Of a stretch of DNA of 64,000 nucleotides, positions 62,683 to 64,000 are shown piece by piece. Source of the DNA: Iphione sp. A-MEVVRFRX5 (Eukaryota). The DNA lies in contig OZ320314.1 in the NCBI GenBank assembly GCA_976226885.1, positions 35,588,001 to 35,652,000 on the forward strand, written 5' to 3'. Every line of letters begins with the position of its first letter. The stretch's first letter is position 1. The notes below the pieces were generated by a model, which was not told the origin of the DNA, did not search any database, and was given only the letters and a program-made list of their open reading frames with translations. The translations under genes were made by a program, and so were the position numbers.

Positions 62683-64000
62683 TATTTGTGTTGTGCTGCA
62701 TCGCGTTTCCCTGCATTTGCAGCGGTTTGCCCATTAACCACAAATTTGATGAGATATCTTCATTCCAACAGTACATCTAATAAGTAAAAATCCAATTAGC
62801 AGGGACTTTGATGACAAAATTTCAAATAGTAGTGAATTTGATGCAAATGTACAGAAACATGCAAAAACATGCCAAGAAGGAAGATCGTTACATGATCTAG
62901 CATATGTTCACACAAAAATGTACACGTATTATTGCCTTCTATAAACTCTATCTTCCATACCCTACTTGTATACGAGCATGCGTTTGCGTTAAAAGTTAAA
63001 GCACTGATGATGAACAACACAAACACAATGCAAATGCAAATACACTAACACAGTGCGGATCTATAGGAAGATCCCCATTGAGTCTCACCTTTAGGTAAAA
63101 AATGCTATCGTAATGGAAATGCAGTGCAAATGCAACAGTGCAGGTAAGAAATACGACCTAGGAGAGTACTAACAATATACTAACAGACCATTGCTATCTT
63201 AGTTACTACAACTACATTGTATGACGGCAGATTGCTTTCCTATTTCAATCGTGGACCTCTCCAGCACTAAAAGGAATATTTTCCGGAGGATGGATAAGAT
63301 ATAAACAAAAGTCAGAAATATAGTGGGATATGATGATTCTAAGAACCCAGGAATTATTTTTGCCACTAAAATGTAAGTATGATTACTGTGGGCATTATAG
63401 TGCATAAAAAATTAAAGGTGCAGAAGCTGAACAATGGGGGGGATGTCAATGGAAACAGGGTGTAGGATGAGACGCACATATAGTGAGCATTATCATGCTT
63501 TAAGTAGTATTTAATTGAGCTTCTCGGACAGGAAGGAATCTTTTACCCCAAACAGAAATACAGCGAAGGCGGCTGACTATTTCACATTTCAATTTGTTCG
63601 GCAATGCCTGATGGATAAAGTAGAACCACTGCTATTGGAGGTGCCTCAGCTGGCGTCCGCAGGTGCGAAACCGATGCGGAGGATTCTATAGACAAGAAAG
63701 CTCGTTAAGAAAGTGTTTTCCCATGATCTGTCGACCTGGAAAAGCACAGCTTTTCGAGAGCAAATGTATGGTGATCACAGGAGAACAAGGTAAAACTCCG
63801 CACCCGAATTACTAATCTTATCTCATTCCAAACTCGGGCCGCATCATGCAGTATTGGTCATACCAGAGAATGCGCAGATCTATTCATGATCTCTGGTCTT
63901 ATCTTCTCCTTGGACCAACCTCAGTTGGAAACATTGCAGGACTTGGTATCTCCAGGCTAAATGTCGTTGCTAATAACTCACCATAGGCCAAACTGCCAGC

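Overview
AT-rich, repeat-dense animal genomic DNA, probably from an invertebrate. I found no recognisable host protein-coding gene, rRNA, tRNA or CRISPR array. The key feature is a young non-LTR retrotransposon (L2/CR1 group, Crack-like) at about 21100-29800 on the + strand. It carries three coding units in order: a 5'-truncated NADAR (YbiA-like) domain ORF, an SGNH/GDSL esterase ORF, and an intact 956-aa AP-endonuclease + reverse transcriptase ORF, followed by AATAAA and an A15 tail. The link between the first two ORFs and the EN-RT ORF is hidden by a 3.8-kb CMC/EnSpm-like DNA transposon (14-bp TIRs, TC target duplication) inserted in the inter-ORF spacer. Removing it leaves about 270 bp between the esterase stop and the EN-RT start. 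The rest of the window holds decayed LINE fragments, PIF/Harbinger-like and pogo/Tigger-like MITEs, a repeat family with palindromic RFX X-box motifs, microsatellites and several unassigned GC-rich decayed islands. All family assignments come from motif recognition by eye; no database search was run.
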